Below the pieces are notes generated by a model. The model worked only from the letters and a program-made list of their open reading frames with translations, made no database searches and was not told the origin of the DNA. From Asterias rubens (lineage: Eukaryota), in NCBI RefSeq assembly GCF_902459465.1, contig NC_047074.1, positions 11,160,001 to 11,224,000 of the forward strand: a DNA stretch of 64,000 nt. The letters are read 5' to 3'. The translations under genes and the position numbers were made by a program. Shown one piece after another: positions 32,536 to 43,760 of the stretch. The stretch's first letter is position 1; each line of letters begins with the position of its first letter.

Positions 32536-32915
32536 AGGCAGATGACACTATTGGTAATTACTCAAAATAATTATCATCATAAAACCTTTCTTGGTGACGA
32601 GTAATGGGGAGAGGTTGACGGTACAAAACATTGTGAGAAACGGCTCCCTGTGAAGTGACATAGTTTTTGAGAAAGAAGTAATTTTCCACGAATTTGATTT
32701 CGAGACCTCAAGTTTAGAATTTGAGGTCTCGAAATCAAGCATCTGAAAGCACACAACTTCGTGTGACAAGGGTGTATTTTATTTCATTCATATCTCGCAA
32801 CTTCGACAACCTATTGAGCTGAAATTTTCACAGGTTTGTTATTTTATGCATACATGTTTAGATACAACAAGTGAGAAGACCGATCTTTGACAATTACCAA
32901 TAGTGTTTACTGTCT
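32536..32915. mobile_element. TTAA-flanked MITE family K1 (Kolobok-like)
   Basis: ttaa|aggcagatgacactattgg ... ccaatagtgtttactgtct|ttaa. Confidence 0.8.
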
Positions 32916-33273
32916 TTAATTAAAAAAAAAATCAAGGTATTTACACACAAATGTATAGCGCTCTAACCAAGGAAAGTACCACAGCGCTTTACACAGTACA
33001 CACAATTAAACAACAAGAAAAGAAAAAAACAGAATAAGCCAACAAATCAATTGAACAAGTGGGTTTTTAGAGATTTCTTGAAGACTGCTAGCTAACGATC
33101 TCAGCAAAAACTAAATATTTTTTGTAAATAATATAGCCCAGTTGTTTGTCAGAAAAAAATGTTCCGGCAGCCATTTTCCATTTAAACAAATTTAAAAAAG
33201 AAAAGAAAAAAAAGCCCCTTCATTCCTCGTTTGTTTGTTTGTTTAAATTGTTTTGTCCAATTTGTTTAATTAA

Positions 33274-33620
33274 AGGCATTGTACACGTTTGGTAATTGTC
33301 AAAATAACAAGCCTGTGGAAATTTGGGCTCAATTGGTCATCGAATTTGCGAAAAAATGATGAAAAGAAAACACCATTGTTGGACGAAATTGTGTGCTTTC
33401 AGATAGGAAGTCTTCTAGCTAGAAGCTAATATTTTAGTGAGAAATTACCTCTTTCTCAAAAACTACGTTACTTCAGAGTCAGAGACAGAGGGAGTCGTTT
33501 CCCACAACAATGTTTTATACCAACATTTATAACAACAACCACAGGTCTCCAATGCTCGTGACCAAGTCAGTTTTTCAGTTAATAATTGTTTTGAGTTATT
33601 ACCAAACGTGTACCTTCCCT
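33274..33620. mobile_element. TTAA-flanked MITE, K1-related subfamily
   Basis: ttaa|aggcattgtacacgtttgg ... ccaaacgtgtaccttccct|ttaa. Confidence 0.7.
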
Positions 33621-34299
33621 TTAATTTATTGTGTGTTTGAAAAGTAGAAAAACAACAAATACATAGCAAAGTACACTGTGTTAAGGGTTTGTATAGGATT
33701 TCAGCCTACAGCTACACAACACCAACAAGAGTTCAAGAAGTCAACAAATCCATCATAATAATTCATAGCATAGTCATTATTTTCTCATTTCTGTACTACA
33801 AAATTAAAATACAAACTAGAATTCGTAAGTCTGTAGCCGAGATTAAGTAGTTAACATTTTAAAACCCAATCGCACAAATATAATCAAATAGCCGTATTCT
33901 TTATCTATAAACCACGAACGTTATCTGCGTTTTTTACATTTTCTAGATAATTCTGAGTTTGACATTTTGTGACGGCATTCCCCATCGTTTGACATTGTGA
34001 CTCGTTTTTGACATTAAATTATTTTGAAGCAGAGCTTTTTTTCAGTGGGATCGTTGACGAATCTGTAATAAAATCAAGCCAATCTGCTTTGGGTCAACAC
34101 TATCTATATGGAGATCTAAACTGAATCATTTTGTATATTACGAACCTTGGCTTTCGAAATCAGGTATTTTCAGGTCACATTTGCTGCTCTGCACTTCAAA
34201 GATTTCAGAATTTGTTGTGTAGAAAAGGCGAATCGCTAGCGTCTTCAGTTTCGAAAGGGCGCCCTCAGTTGCCGAATGTCAATTCGATTTGTTTTGTCG

Positions 34300-36073
34300 T
34301 TTTTGTTGTTGTTGTGACTCATTGATAAAACAAAAGAAGAAAAACTTACCACAAAAAGCTAAAACCGTAAACAAACAAACCTTCAAAATAAACAATCAAG
34401 CAAAGATAAAAAGGCGACAATTAATACACTTATGAATATTTAGTTAAACTTGAGCATGAGAAAAACGATGAACAGAACTATTTCTACCTCCATGATGGAA
34501 CCAAAACAAAGCAAATTAAGCCGACAAAACAAATCGAATTCGAATTGACATTCAAAAACATTTATTTAAAAGTGTATAATTGGGTTTGAACCATGGCGGT
34601 GGTCTGATCCCCATATAATGATGCGTAGTTGTGTGTGGGGATGGGGTCCCTGTCATCACAGAAGCCATTAAATTATAACTGTTAACCGCATCTGGACGTG
34701 TATTTTTTTCTCAACTTTTTTTTTGTAAAGCTTCTGTTTTGTAAATCATTGATTTGGAGAGATGCTATTGTCAGATTTTTGGCCCCAAACATTAAAAATA
34801 GAATTTTTTAAGTGAATGGTATTTCAAAGAGTACCCGCTCTAACGGAAAAAGTTTAACTTTTACTTTTGATGGTCAGGAACCATGACAAAAATTTAAAAC
34901 GCTTCTTTTAAAACACATAAGAATTGGTCACGTGATATAATTATTGTCGGGATCCCGACAAAAACACTGAGCACTTTCGACGAGCAATGGCTCGCAATGG
35001 CTCAAATGAAAGCTTGTAACTTTCTCGACCCTCATCAAAATACCTATTGAATTTTAAATCAAAATTTTTGGGTCAAATCGGCCAAAAATCTGACATAGCA
35101 TCTTTAAAATGTATAATTTGTTTCGCGGCCATTTGCTAAGACCATGGAGGTAGAATTTTACCTCCATGCTATAGACTAAGAGGACACAAGGGGGGCTCGC
35201 GGACTCGAAAAAAATTATTATTCACTCCTCCACCATGCATGGGCAGATTGAGAAGTCTTAGCTAATTAAGTATTATGATTTTAAATTGTCACAACTATAA
35301 CCTTATTCCCTCAACCATGCCTCAACAATGTTCCCCGCTTGATTTTTTACAAACAGAATCACTACTCGGCCAATTCCCCACTTCTTTGATACGATACGAA
35401 AGATGACATTGACGACGTCACCATTTACATGACGTAATGGTTTATTTATAGACTTATCCCGTGATAGTGGCTTTTTATTGGCCCTTTTCGAAACGCTGTA
35501 TTTCTATTGTGGGCTTCAGCTTAGACTAATGTGCCCGCTTGAATCCCGTACCGCAAGCACGTACTTAACAAAGCGAAAGCCAGAGTCGAAGCTGGTGCAC
35601 TAAGGTGGGAGCCGCAGTTTTAAAAAGGCCTACATGTACCAGCATGCACGTCGGGTTTTCGGGCGTTCGGCGGATCGGCAAAACAATGTTTTGTTATGTT
35701 ATTGGTCATACCCATCGATGTAAATTCATACACAGTTTCGTTTTATGATTTGCAGTCTAGTAGAACTGAGTAAAAAACGAGTTGTGGAACCGGGAAGTTG
35801 GTTTGAAATAAAGGCTAAAAAAAAAAGTAACAGTAGACATACTTGCAAGATCGGCCACAAATAAACTACGGTAAGTGTGTTCTTTGTTGTTCATTTTCAT
35901 GGAATTATTGAATTGAATGACATTCATTGATAATCAAATTGATTGATTGAGTCGTATGGTGAATGTTTTGCCCATTTTCCGGACATTGTGTTTTACATTC
36001 ATTAATCATACACCATACTGGCATAAAACATTGAGTTTCGTTGAACTGCTTTTAACAGGTTGAGAAGTGAGCA
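34300..36073. promoter_or_regulatory. Putative shared divergent promoter region of the His-tail gene and the PH-domain gene
   Basis: CpG-richer block ~35340-35800 with bZIP-like cores (gacgtcac, atgacgtaat); plus-strand donor cg|gtaagt after 35870 and acceptor aacag ending at 36058 define a non-coding first exon of the PH gene. Confidence 0.45.
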
Positions 36074-39000
36074 ATGGCGAGTTTAGAAGTGACAAGATCT
36101 CACGGTATCGCTAAAGCATCATGGATGCAAAGACAGAGTGAGTTTTTAAAGTTATTTTTTGGACATCGTAATTTTAAAATTGCATTTGTTTAATATAATA
36201 TTTGAATTGAATTTAACTATATTGTTATTTATTATATGATATCATTTAAGAGTTCACTACGGGACTATCTTACTTTTATGGAGTCATGACCTGTTAGTGT
36301 TAACCTTTAGTGTCATATATTTTAACTTAACCACAAACTGTTCCGTTGTATTTGTTGTAGTTGCCGAATTGTTAAAACTATAAAGTTATTAATTTAAAAA
36401 CTGGTAAAAAACTACTTAAAAATGTAAATCAGAACCTCATCCTTTTTTCCACTGTATCCTTTTTTATTTTCTTGTTTTAAAATTATTAAAAAAGACAAAA
36501 TGTTTCATGTTTTATCGCCGCCTCATCTTGGCAGAATTTTGATGTAATTTACATATTGTAGACTTATTTGTTCGTAGTCAGAATGGTCAACATTTTTGTT
36601 TCTGCCATATGTCATGTATTGTTCTTCTCAATACCCAAGGAAGACAATGTAAAAATCATCTTGAATTTATGATTTTTCCATTTCCTATCTCTTCAAGTTT
36701 GTCAAAATGTTATATTTACAGGCGTGACAGGCCACAGATTTCAGCTGTAATAAACTGATGAGAAAATAGCTTTACTTGCAACAAACTTAACTAAAATTAT
36801 GATGAAAATACTCACAGTTTTTTTTTTTCAACTCCGAATTCAGGTGACATTTTGAGCCGATGGAAGTATTCCTTTTGTGTTTTGTACCGGAACGGAAAGT
36901 TCAACTTCTACAAGGATGAAAAGATGACTTCTGAACAAGGATCTATCAACATCCCCAAGAGCTGTTATGCAGTCAATGTAAGCAAGGGGCTGCACATGGC
37001 GCAGTGGGTTTTAGAGCAGGCTTGATATTTCACGGAGGTAACGAAGGCGATCGCCTCTGTGACACCTGGTCATTGCCTTGGTGCCCTTGAATTGATCTAG
37101 AAGAAATTTGCTACCCTTGCCCTTACGTGCCTGTTAAGCATCAAATTCAAGTTCTGGTGGCAAAGTCAAAGGGGTGTTGGTTCAAATACCAGTCATGACA
37201 CTTGTTTCCTTGAGCAAGACACTTACAATGTAACTGTGAATGCTTCTCTTCGCCCAGGGTAAATGGGTACCTGTGAGGGCAGAAATGATTTGTGTGATTG
37301 ATTTAGCTTAGTGTGCTACAATGTACGTACTTGGCACTACAGGCTGTATACTGCCAAGGCAGCTGAGATGGTTGATGGAATGAAACAAATGACCTAGAAG
37401 TGATCAGGGGTAATAATGTGTCTGAGCGCCAAAATTCGGTTTTACAAAATGGCAGACCGTTTTTGTTGACAAAGTAAAAGAAAAACACACAATTTTGGCC
37501 GATAATTTTATTTTTTTATCGTGTTCTTATTATTCTGTTACAACCAGGCTGGTTTGGAAATCTCAGGATCGCCTACACCCCCGACCGGTAGAGACAAGCA
37601 TTGCCTTCTGGAGCTCAGATCCCATGAGATCAATATTCTGTTCTGCACAGACTCGGTCGATGACAGCGTCTCATGGAAGTCTTCAATTCTGGAGGTCAAA
37701 AACTCACTGGTAAGTTTCCTGTCTTTGATTTTGTGACAATTTTGTTAAAGTTTTGGAGATGTTTTCCCTCTTGAATTGTTACAATGCTCCATGAATTTTG
37801 CGAAAGTAGGTAAACTGCCGAGGAAAAGGAGGAGTCAGGTTTGCAACAATCCTGTCCACAGGTGTGATGTTATTTCAATGCAAGTCATGCCTACTTCACA
37901 AACATAGGTATGCTTCGTTTTTTGAAAGGGCAAGGGCACCCAGGCATTTTCATAATAAAGGGCACCCTATGAGGAAAATGTAAAGATGGCTACTGTCACG
38001 GCATTTCAAGGGCCCAATGGCATTGACCAAGGGGGCATGGAGGCGATCGCCTTCATTGCCTCTGTGAAGTATCGGGCCTGTATAAGGCTGTAACCCCCCC
38101 CCCCCCCCCCCTCCCCCCATTAAGTGCCCATAGTCATTGGTCGGTACAACCTAAACTAAAATAATTTTAAACATGATACATGATAAATAGAAGAATAGCA
38201 ATAATTTCAAATCTCTTGCCTTTTTTCCCCATTCAGACACAACCAGCTCAGCCTCCTGCTGCTGCACAACCCTCCTACATGATGGCCCCGCCCCCTTATT
38301 CCGCCACCCAGGCTCCAGTGCAGCAGGTAATGCTACCCCCAGTACAGCAGGTTGTGGCACCCCCTGTCCAGCATGTTCAGGTTAACCCATATGGGGGTTG
38401 CACAACCACCTACACAACTTACCAGGCACCCAACACACAGTACGTGGTTCCCCCGACCAATCAGACGGTGATCGTCAATGGGCGTACTTGCCACCAGAGA
38501 AGGACAACCTACCCGGTGCAGAACACAGTTTACACCTACCCTGGCCAAACGGTCTACACATACCAAGCCGGACAAAACAGTAAGTGCCTTAAATGAGACT
38601 TCTAAGATGTTTAGGGTTTAATAATATGTAATACTTTTTTTCCTTATATACATGTAGCGCTTTTTCACATCCTTGTTGGGGTGTATCAAGGCACTCAGTA
38701 TTTTGTCATGCAAGGTATGTGGGCCTACGATTTATAAGTATAAGAGCTATTCCTTTAAAGCACCATGTAATGGTTGGTAATGTGCTGTGGCGCAATATGA
38801 TGCCAGTCAAAACCAAAAAGACCAGGGCAAACCCCTTCTCTTTTCAATAAGTGCATCAGGGTTCTTTCAAGTGTGTTACACAGCACACAGGACCAACGGC
38901 TATACGTCCCATGGTAAAGTGTCTTGATTAAGAGCACAGGTTTCACGGCTAGGACTCAAAAAACCCACACTCTGCTGATCAGAAACACCAGTGAGTCCAG

Positions 39001-39104
39001 TACTCTTATCCACTTAGCCCTGACACGCCACGTATTAATGAATAATGTGTTCATTTGTCCATTTTTTCTCTTTATCTGTGTTTGCAGTTGTGACTCGCTA
39101 CTAA
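36074..39104 (+). CDS. PLEKHB2: PLEKHB/evectin-like PH-domain protein, 5 coding exons, 239 aa, no C-terminal membrane anchor
   Basis: Exons 36074-36137, 36844-36977, 37548-37709, 38237-38579, 39088-39104; phases 1,0,0,1 (720 nt). WMQRQSDILSRWKYSF..CLLEL..LFCTDSVDDSVSWK aligns with the evectin PH domain, followed by a P/Q/Y-rich region with PPPY. The 17-nt last exon (IVTRY*) is the least certain part. Confidence 0.8.
37150..37430 (+). mobile_element. tRNA-derived SINE with central block (ttccttgagcaagacactt..gggtaaatgggtacctg)
   Basis: B-box-like ggttcaaatacc followed by the central block shared with the other SINE copies. Confidence 0.6.
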
Positions 39105-42100
39105 TGCAACAAGCATCCCGTCTCATCTGGTCATGATTCTACTGTTTGTGAGGCAAGCTGAAAAATTATAATTTGTGCCAATTCGCTTTGGGAGCTAAGA
39201 GGGAAATAAATTGTAAATAGACTTAAACAAATTTAAAGCTTCTAATTTTAAAGTTTAACGATTGTTTGTAATGGCCTGCAAGTAGGCCTATAGAATATTT
39301 CCCGAGCTGTTTCAAACAGATGTTTCGATAAGTGCATAGCCACAATCGTGGGTAAACTGTTTGGTACAAAGACACCAAATGAACAGTGTATAAATGTTGA
39401 GTAATTTCTTTTGCTGATGTCGTATTGAACAAACTCAAGCACTTTTTGTGTATCATTGACACAGCAATTGTTAATTGCGATATAATAACAAATATTGACA
39501 TAATCAGTGGTTTCACCAAGCTCTTGTTCATAAAACAGTCACGAACAAAATGTATATTCATGATTGTGGCTGTGCACATACGTGTAGAATGTAAAAAGAA
39601 TTATATAATTAATTTATATTTCAGGGTGATTTGGTTCACCACCAGCTGATTATAGATGCCCGCTCGATTTATTGTATGGTCGTGACCTCGTGATACTTCT
39701 TAAAGACACTGGACACTATTGGTAAATGTCAAAGACCAGTCTCCTCACTTGGTGTATCTCAACATATGCATAAAATAACAAACCTGTGAAAATTAGAGCT
39801 TGATTGGTCGTCGGAGTTCCGAGATAACTATGAAAGAAAAAAACACCCTTGTCACTGGAAGTTGTGTGCTTTCAGATGCTTGATTTCGAGACCTCAAATT
39901 CTAAACTTGAGGTCTCGCAATCAAATTCGTGGAAAATTACTTCTTTCTCGAAAACTACGTCGCTTCGGAGGGAGCCGTTTCTCACAATGTTGTATACCAT
40001 CAACCTCTCCCCATTACTCGTCACCAAGAAAGGTTTTATGCACATAATAAACCTTAAGAATGAAAAAAATAGACAATGTAAATAATACTGCAGGAGCTTC
40101 TGTCATACCCATACCTAATAGAGGTCCACATGAAGTGTGCACACTGAGTTGACCACTGACCAGCAACTTGCGCAGTGGCGTACTCACCCGAACGACTCGT
40201 TTGGAAGTCTAGTCAACCGTCTGTATGGTATTCAACACCTCATTGCTTCCGCCTTTTACCGATAGTGTCACTGGTTCCCTTCTGTGCTTTACACATGTTA
40301 GCATGTTAACCATGGTCCTGAGGCTGGTTCCAAATGGTCGACCACAGTAGTCAACCAATGGTTGACCAGCATGCGTTCGAGTCAAAAATGTGAAAACCTT
40401 TAGTTAACCATGGAGCACACTCAAAATTCCTTGTGGCTTATACTAGTAGTACTAGCTCAAAGCCATTATTAATTAAGGATACAGCCATTTTCTTTATTAA
40501 AATTTTTTTAAATTATAAATGTGTCAATGCAGAGGGCTACAATCGAAAAGGCAATCAGTGTTGGGGCACTCTGACCTAAAGCCTTTCTGGCATTTTTTTT
40601 AAGAACACAATCCTATGATGCAAGAAGTATTGCTTTCAATATGCTCTAATTATTATGAATTTATTTTTCGGGGTAATCAGAATATATCGAACTGTATTTT
40701 AATTGGAATTGTACAATCATGGTGTTGTTGTGTTGTTGATGTTCACTAATAATTCCCAAAGTAATGTATGTTTTTTTCGTAAAATTTGTTGTAAATTAGA
40801 ATCGTTTAAAGTGAAATTCAGCATGTACTATACGCAAATACTCTAAGAAAATACAGAGTGCTTCAGATTTAAAGGTTATTTATGATAAATTTGTTAACTT
40901 ATAGTTTTACATTTCTTGAAAAAATGGAATTAGCTGACAGTGCTCACCCGACTAAAATTTGAGAACAGATCGACAAACAGGGGCATGTGTGCGTGTAAGT
41001 CAACTCAACGCAACCACATTACATGTTCTTTGAAACATTAATTCGTTTTGGTAGTTTACACACATAAAACAAATATTCTCAATTAATGCATCCATGGGGA
41101 GCATTTTTTGTTTTGTTCTTTTCTTTGTCTTTGCACCTTTTAACTGTTAAAACAGTATCCCATAGACTCTGCACAGAAAAATGTCGCCGTGAAGCTCCCC
41201 ATATCCCCTTGGTCTCGACAGGGTACCGAAAAAGAGCACACCATGCCAGCGGAACCTGCACACATGAGCCGAGAAACTAGACTTAGATTAAGCACATAAT
41301 ATAGCTCTGCTGGATTGCAGCAATATTTATGCTTTAAAAAAATTAGGCGATTACTGTGCATTTCATTATGTCTTGTGGACGCAATTTTTTTTTTTTAATT
41401 TGTATCTTTTGTTTTGTAAGAATTTTTCACATTTGCTTGCTTGCTTGCTTGCTTGCTTGTAGTATTTGAGAAAAAGTACAGCAGAATGTACACAATATTA
41501 AAAAAAGGATTTTAAAATTCCTACCATTAACCGTTTCTTTCAAGTACCTTTTGTTTTGTTTATAAATATAAGACATTTGATATGAACTGAATTTTGCCAA
41601 CAAGTATTCACAAGTGAATCAACTTCTTTTGTGTAGAAGAGAGAAGCGAGAGAGAAAAAAAACAACAATTTCGCAGATTATAAAGCCGGTGTAAAATTTC
41701 ACACTTTTTAATGGTAACGTTGTCAGTGGACTATGTTGTGAATTAAACACACCTGTCTTGGCAGTACTTGCTCATTTACAAAAATACAAACCACACACCA
41801 AACTTTTCCTCCTGCATGGACTTGAAAGAAGGAGGAAATAAATAAATCAACAAATTGCAGCACCAAAAGGACAGATTCATTGGTATACTACAAGAGTTGT
41901 ATTTTCTAGTCTTTATTAAAAATTAAAACAAGTATCAAAGTAAAGGTATAATTTATGATGGCTATGTAAAATATAGTACTACGTACATCATAAAGTCATA
42001 AAAGTGTAAACAATATTATAATGCGTAAAATGACTATTACTGAAATAACAACTTTTCTTTATAAAAAAATAAGCCTATTTGTAACGTTTCTATTGGCCAT

Positions 42101-42121
42101 ACAACGAATGGGACGGTGATG

Positions 42122-43031
42122 TCAGCTTTCCAGAGTTGCCCTCTCGTTGCCCTCTCCGGATTGCCCTTTCCTGGAAATATGAAGAGCGTCTAAAAAACAC
42201 AAAACCATTCAGATGACGTCTCAATTGTAAAAGATAAATCTTCTGCAGCTAATTTATTTCTTTACAAGATAGGAGAAGAATATGTGCATATCTTATACAA
42301 ACACAGCAAAGTAAAACACAATGAAATTATACATGCAAGACAGGATGTCTAAACATGTTTGTGCTTGACATAACCACAATAAAACGACTCATCTATCTTG
42401 ACCTAAACAAAGTAATGCATCATTCTCTGATGGAGTTCCAAAAACTAGCCCTCATACAAAATGAAAACTATAATCAAGAGCCACACTCCCTAAAAATTAC
42501 CAAAACAATGTTACCCCATTATTACCTAAAATTACCAATAGTGTGTGCTCTTTCCCGCTCATGTCAACGGGAAAAGAGTAACCTAAATGTCGTGGACACA
42601 AATTTTAAGTTGTTATAACTGAGTATAATACTAAGTAAAAAATTGTTTTATAATAAGATACAAAATTTGCATCGGCCTACGAACATTGAGGGAGCACCTG
42701 GTACCCCTATTATTAAAAAAAAAGGTAAATTGGTTGTGGCTTCTTCCAAAAATGATCTAAAGACAATATACATGTACCGGTAGCTCTATGCACTACCCTC
42801 ATGTGGGGCTCATACATCAACTTCATAGATCGACTGAGAGCGAGATGAGATTGAGGAGAGCTTTGGCAAGTTTAGGGAGGTCCACAATACACCTGCCGAC
42901 CCGCATCGGGAGCAGAAGATGAAATACTTACTGACCACTGTGTACGCCATCCGGAGCTTGCTGTGCACCCTGTAGTTTTTTTCGGGAACCCGTCGATGGA
43001 GCTTGCTAAGAGCAGAGGCGGGAATAGACAT
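42122..43031 (-). CDS. Putative 55-aa microprotein MSIPASALSKLHRRVPEKNYRVHSKLRMAYTVVNALHISRKGQSGEGNERATLES, 2 exons
   Basis: Exon 1 43031-42932 (ACC ATG context; donor A|GTAAGT), exon 2 42189-42122 (acceptor gttttgtgttttttag); phases match; downstream AATAAA near 41912-41917 on the minus strand. No family recognised. Confidence 0.55.
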
Positions 43032-43223
43032 GGTACCCTGTCTCTATCCGCAAGGATGACAGATTATTTCAGAACCAGTGAATTTATTGGATATGTGTTT
43101 GGATTTGTGCAAAAGGTGACGTTAGGCAGCTAGACACTTTCGGTCGTCTGCATAATAAACGTAGGTGAAAGGTAATTATTGGGCGAAGATTAGCCTCTAG
43201 GCATGAGGCCCCTCTCTGGCGTG

Positions 43224-43231
43224 TGACGTCA
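43224..43231. promoter_or_regulatory. Perfect CRE (TGACGTCA) ~190 bp upstream of the microprotein ATG
   Basis: gtgTGACGTCAga; a near-CRE tgacgtta lies at 43117-43124. Confidence 0.45.
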
Positions 43232-43454
43232 GATGTTCAGACTAGAGCAGGGATCGAGAAGACATACGTGAACCGGTGAAAACAGACGCAGCGCAACGTA
43301 CAAGAAACTACCAGTTGAGGACGTTGATGCTGAACCGAGATCCGTGGAAAGTGGCTATCAGCGGCACCAATGAAGTTTACGGAAGAAGACCTTTTGATCT
43401 TACATTCTACATTTTCCGACTTTTATTTTTATAAAACAGAGGGTAATTGTTGTT

Positions 43455-43760
43455 CTAGTACCAAACTGATGCGCAGTCCAGCTGAGTAACAGAAACAACA
43501 TCTATGTAGGCCTACCTGAATTTGTCTAGTACCAAATGATGCGACGACCAGCCGAGTCACAGAAAAATACTATAATAGGAATTTATATAGTAACAAAATG
43601 ATGCACAGCCTAGCCGAGCAACGTAAACAACATCTACCTGAATTTTGTCTAGTTTGCGATGCGCAGACCATCGGATTATTAACAGCATACTATACCTGTA
43701 TTCAGAATTTGTCTAGCACCAAAATGATGCGCAGCCAAGCCGAGTCACAGCAACTACCAT
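43455..43760 (-). repeat. Degenerate 61-71-bp tandem repeat (5 units) whose first unit is the laccase C-terminus and stop codon
   Basis: Plus-strand units start ctag/atag..aaaatgatgc..agccgagtcacag at 43455, 43526, 43587, 43649 and 43713. Confidence 0.85.

Noticed and set aside
32474-35500. Hidden PH-domain exons upstream of the His-tail gene
   Set aside because: Manual reading of the minus strand found only MITEs and AT-rich DNA with no PH-like peptide; a very short coding exon cannot be excluded.
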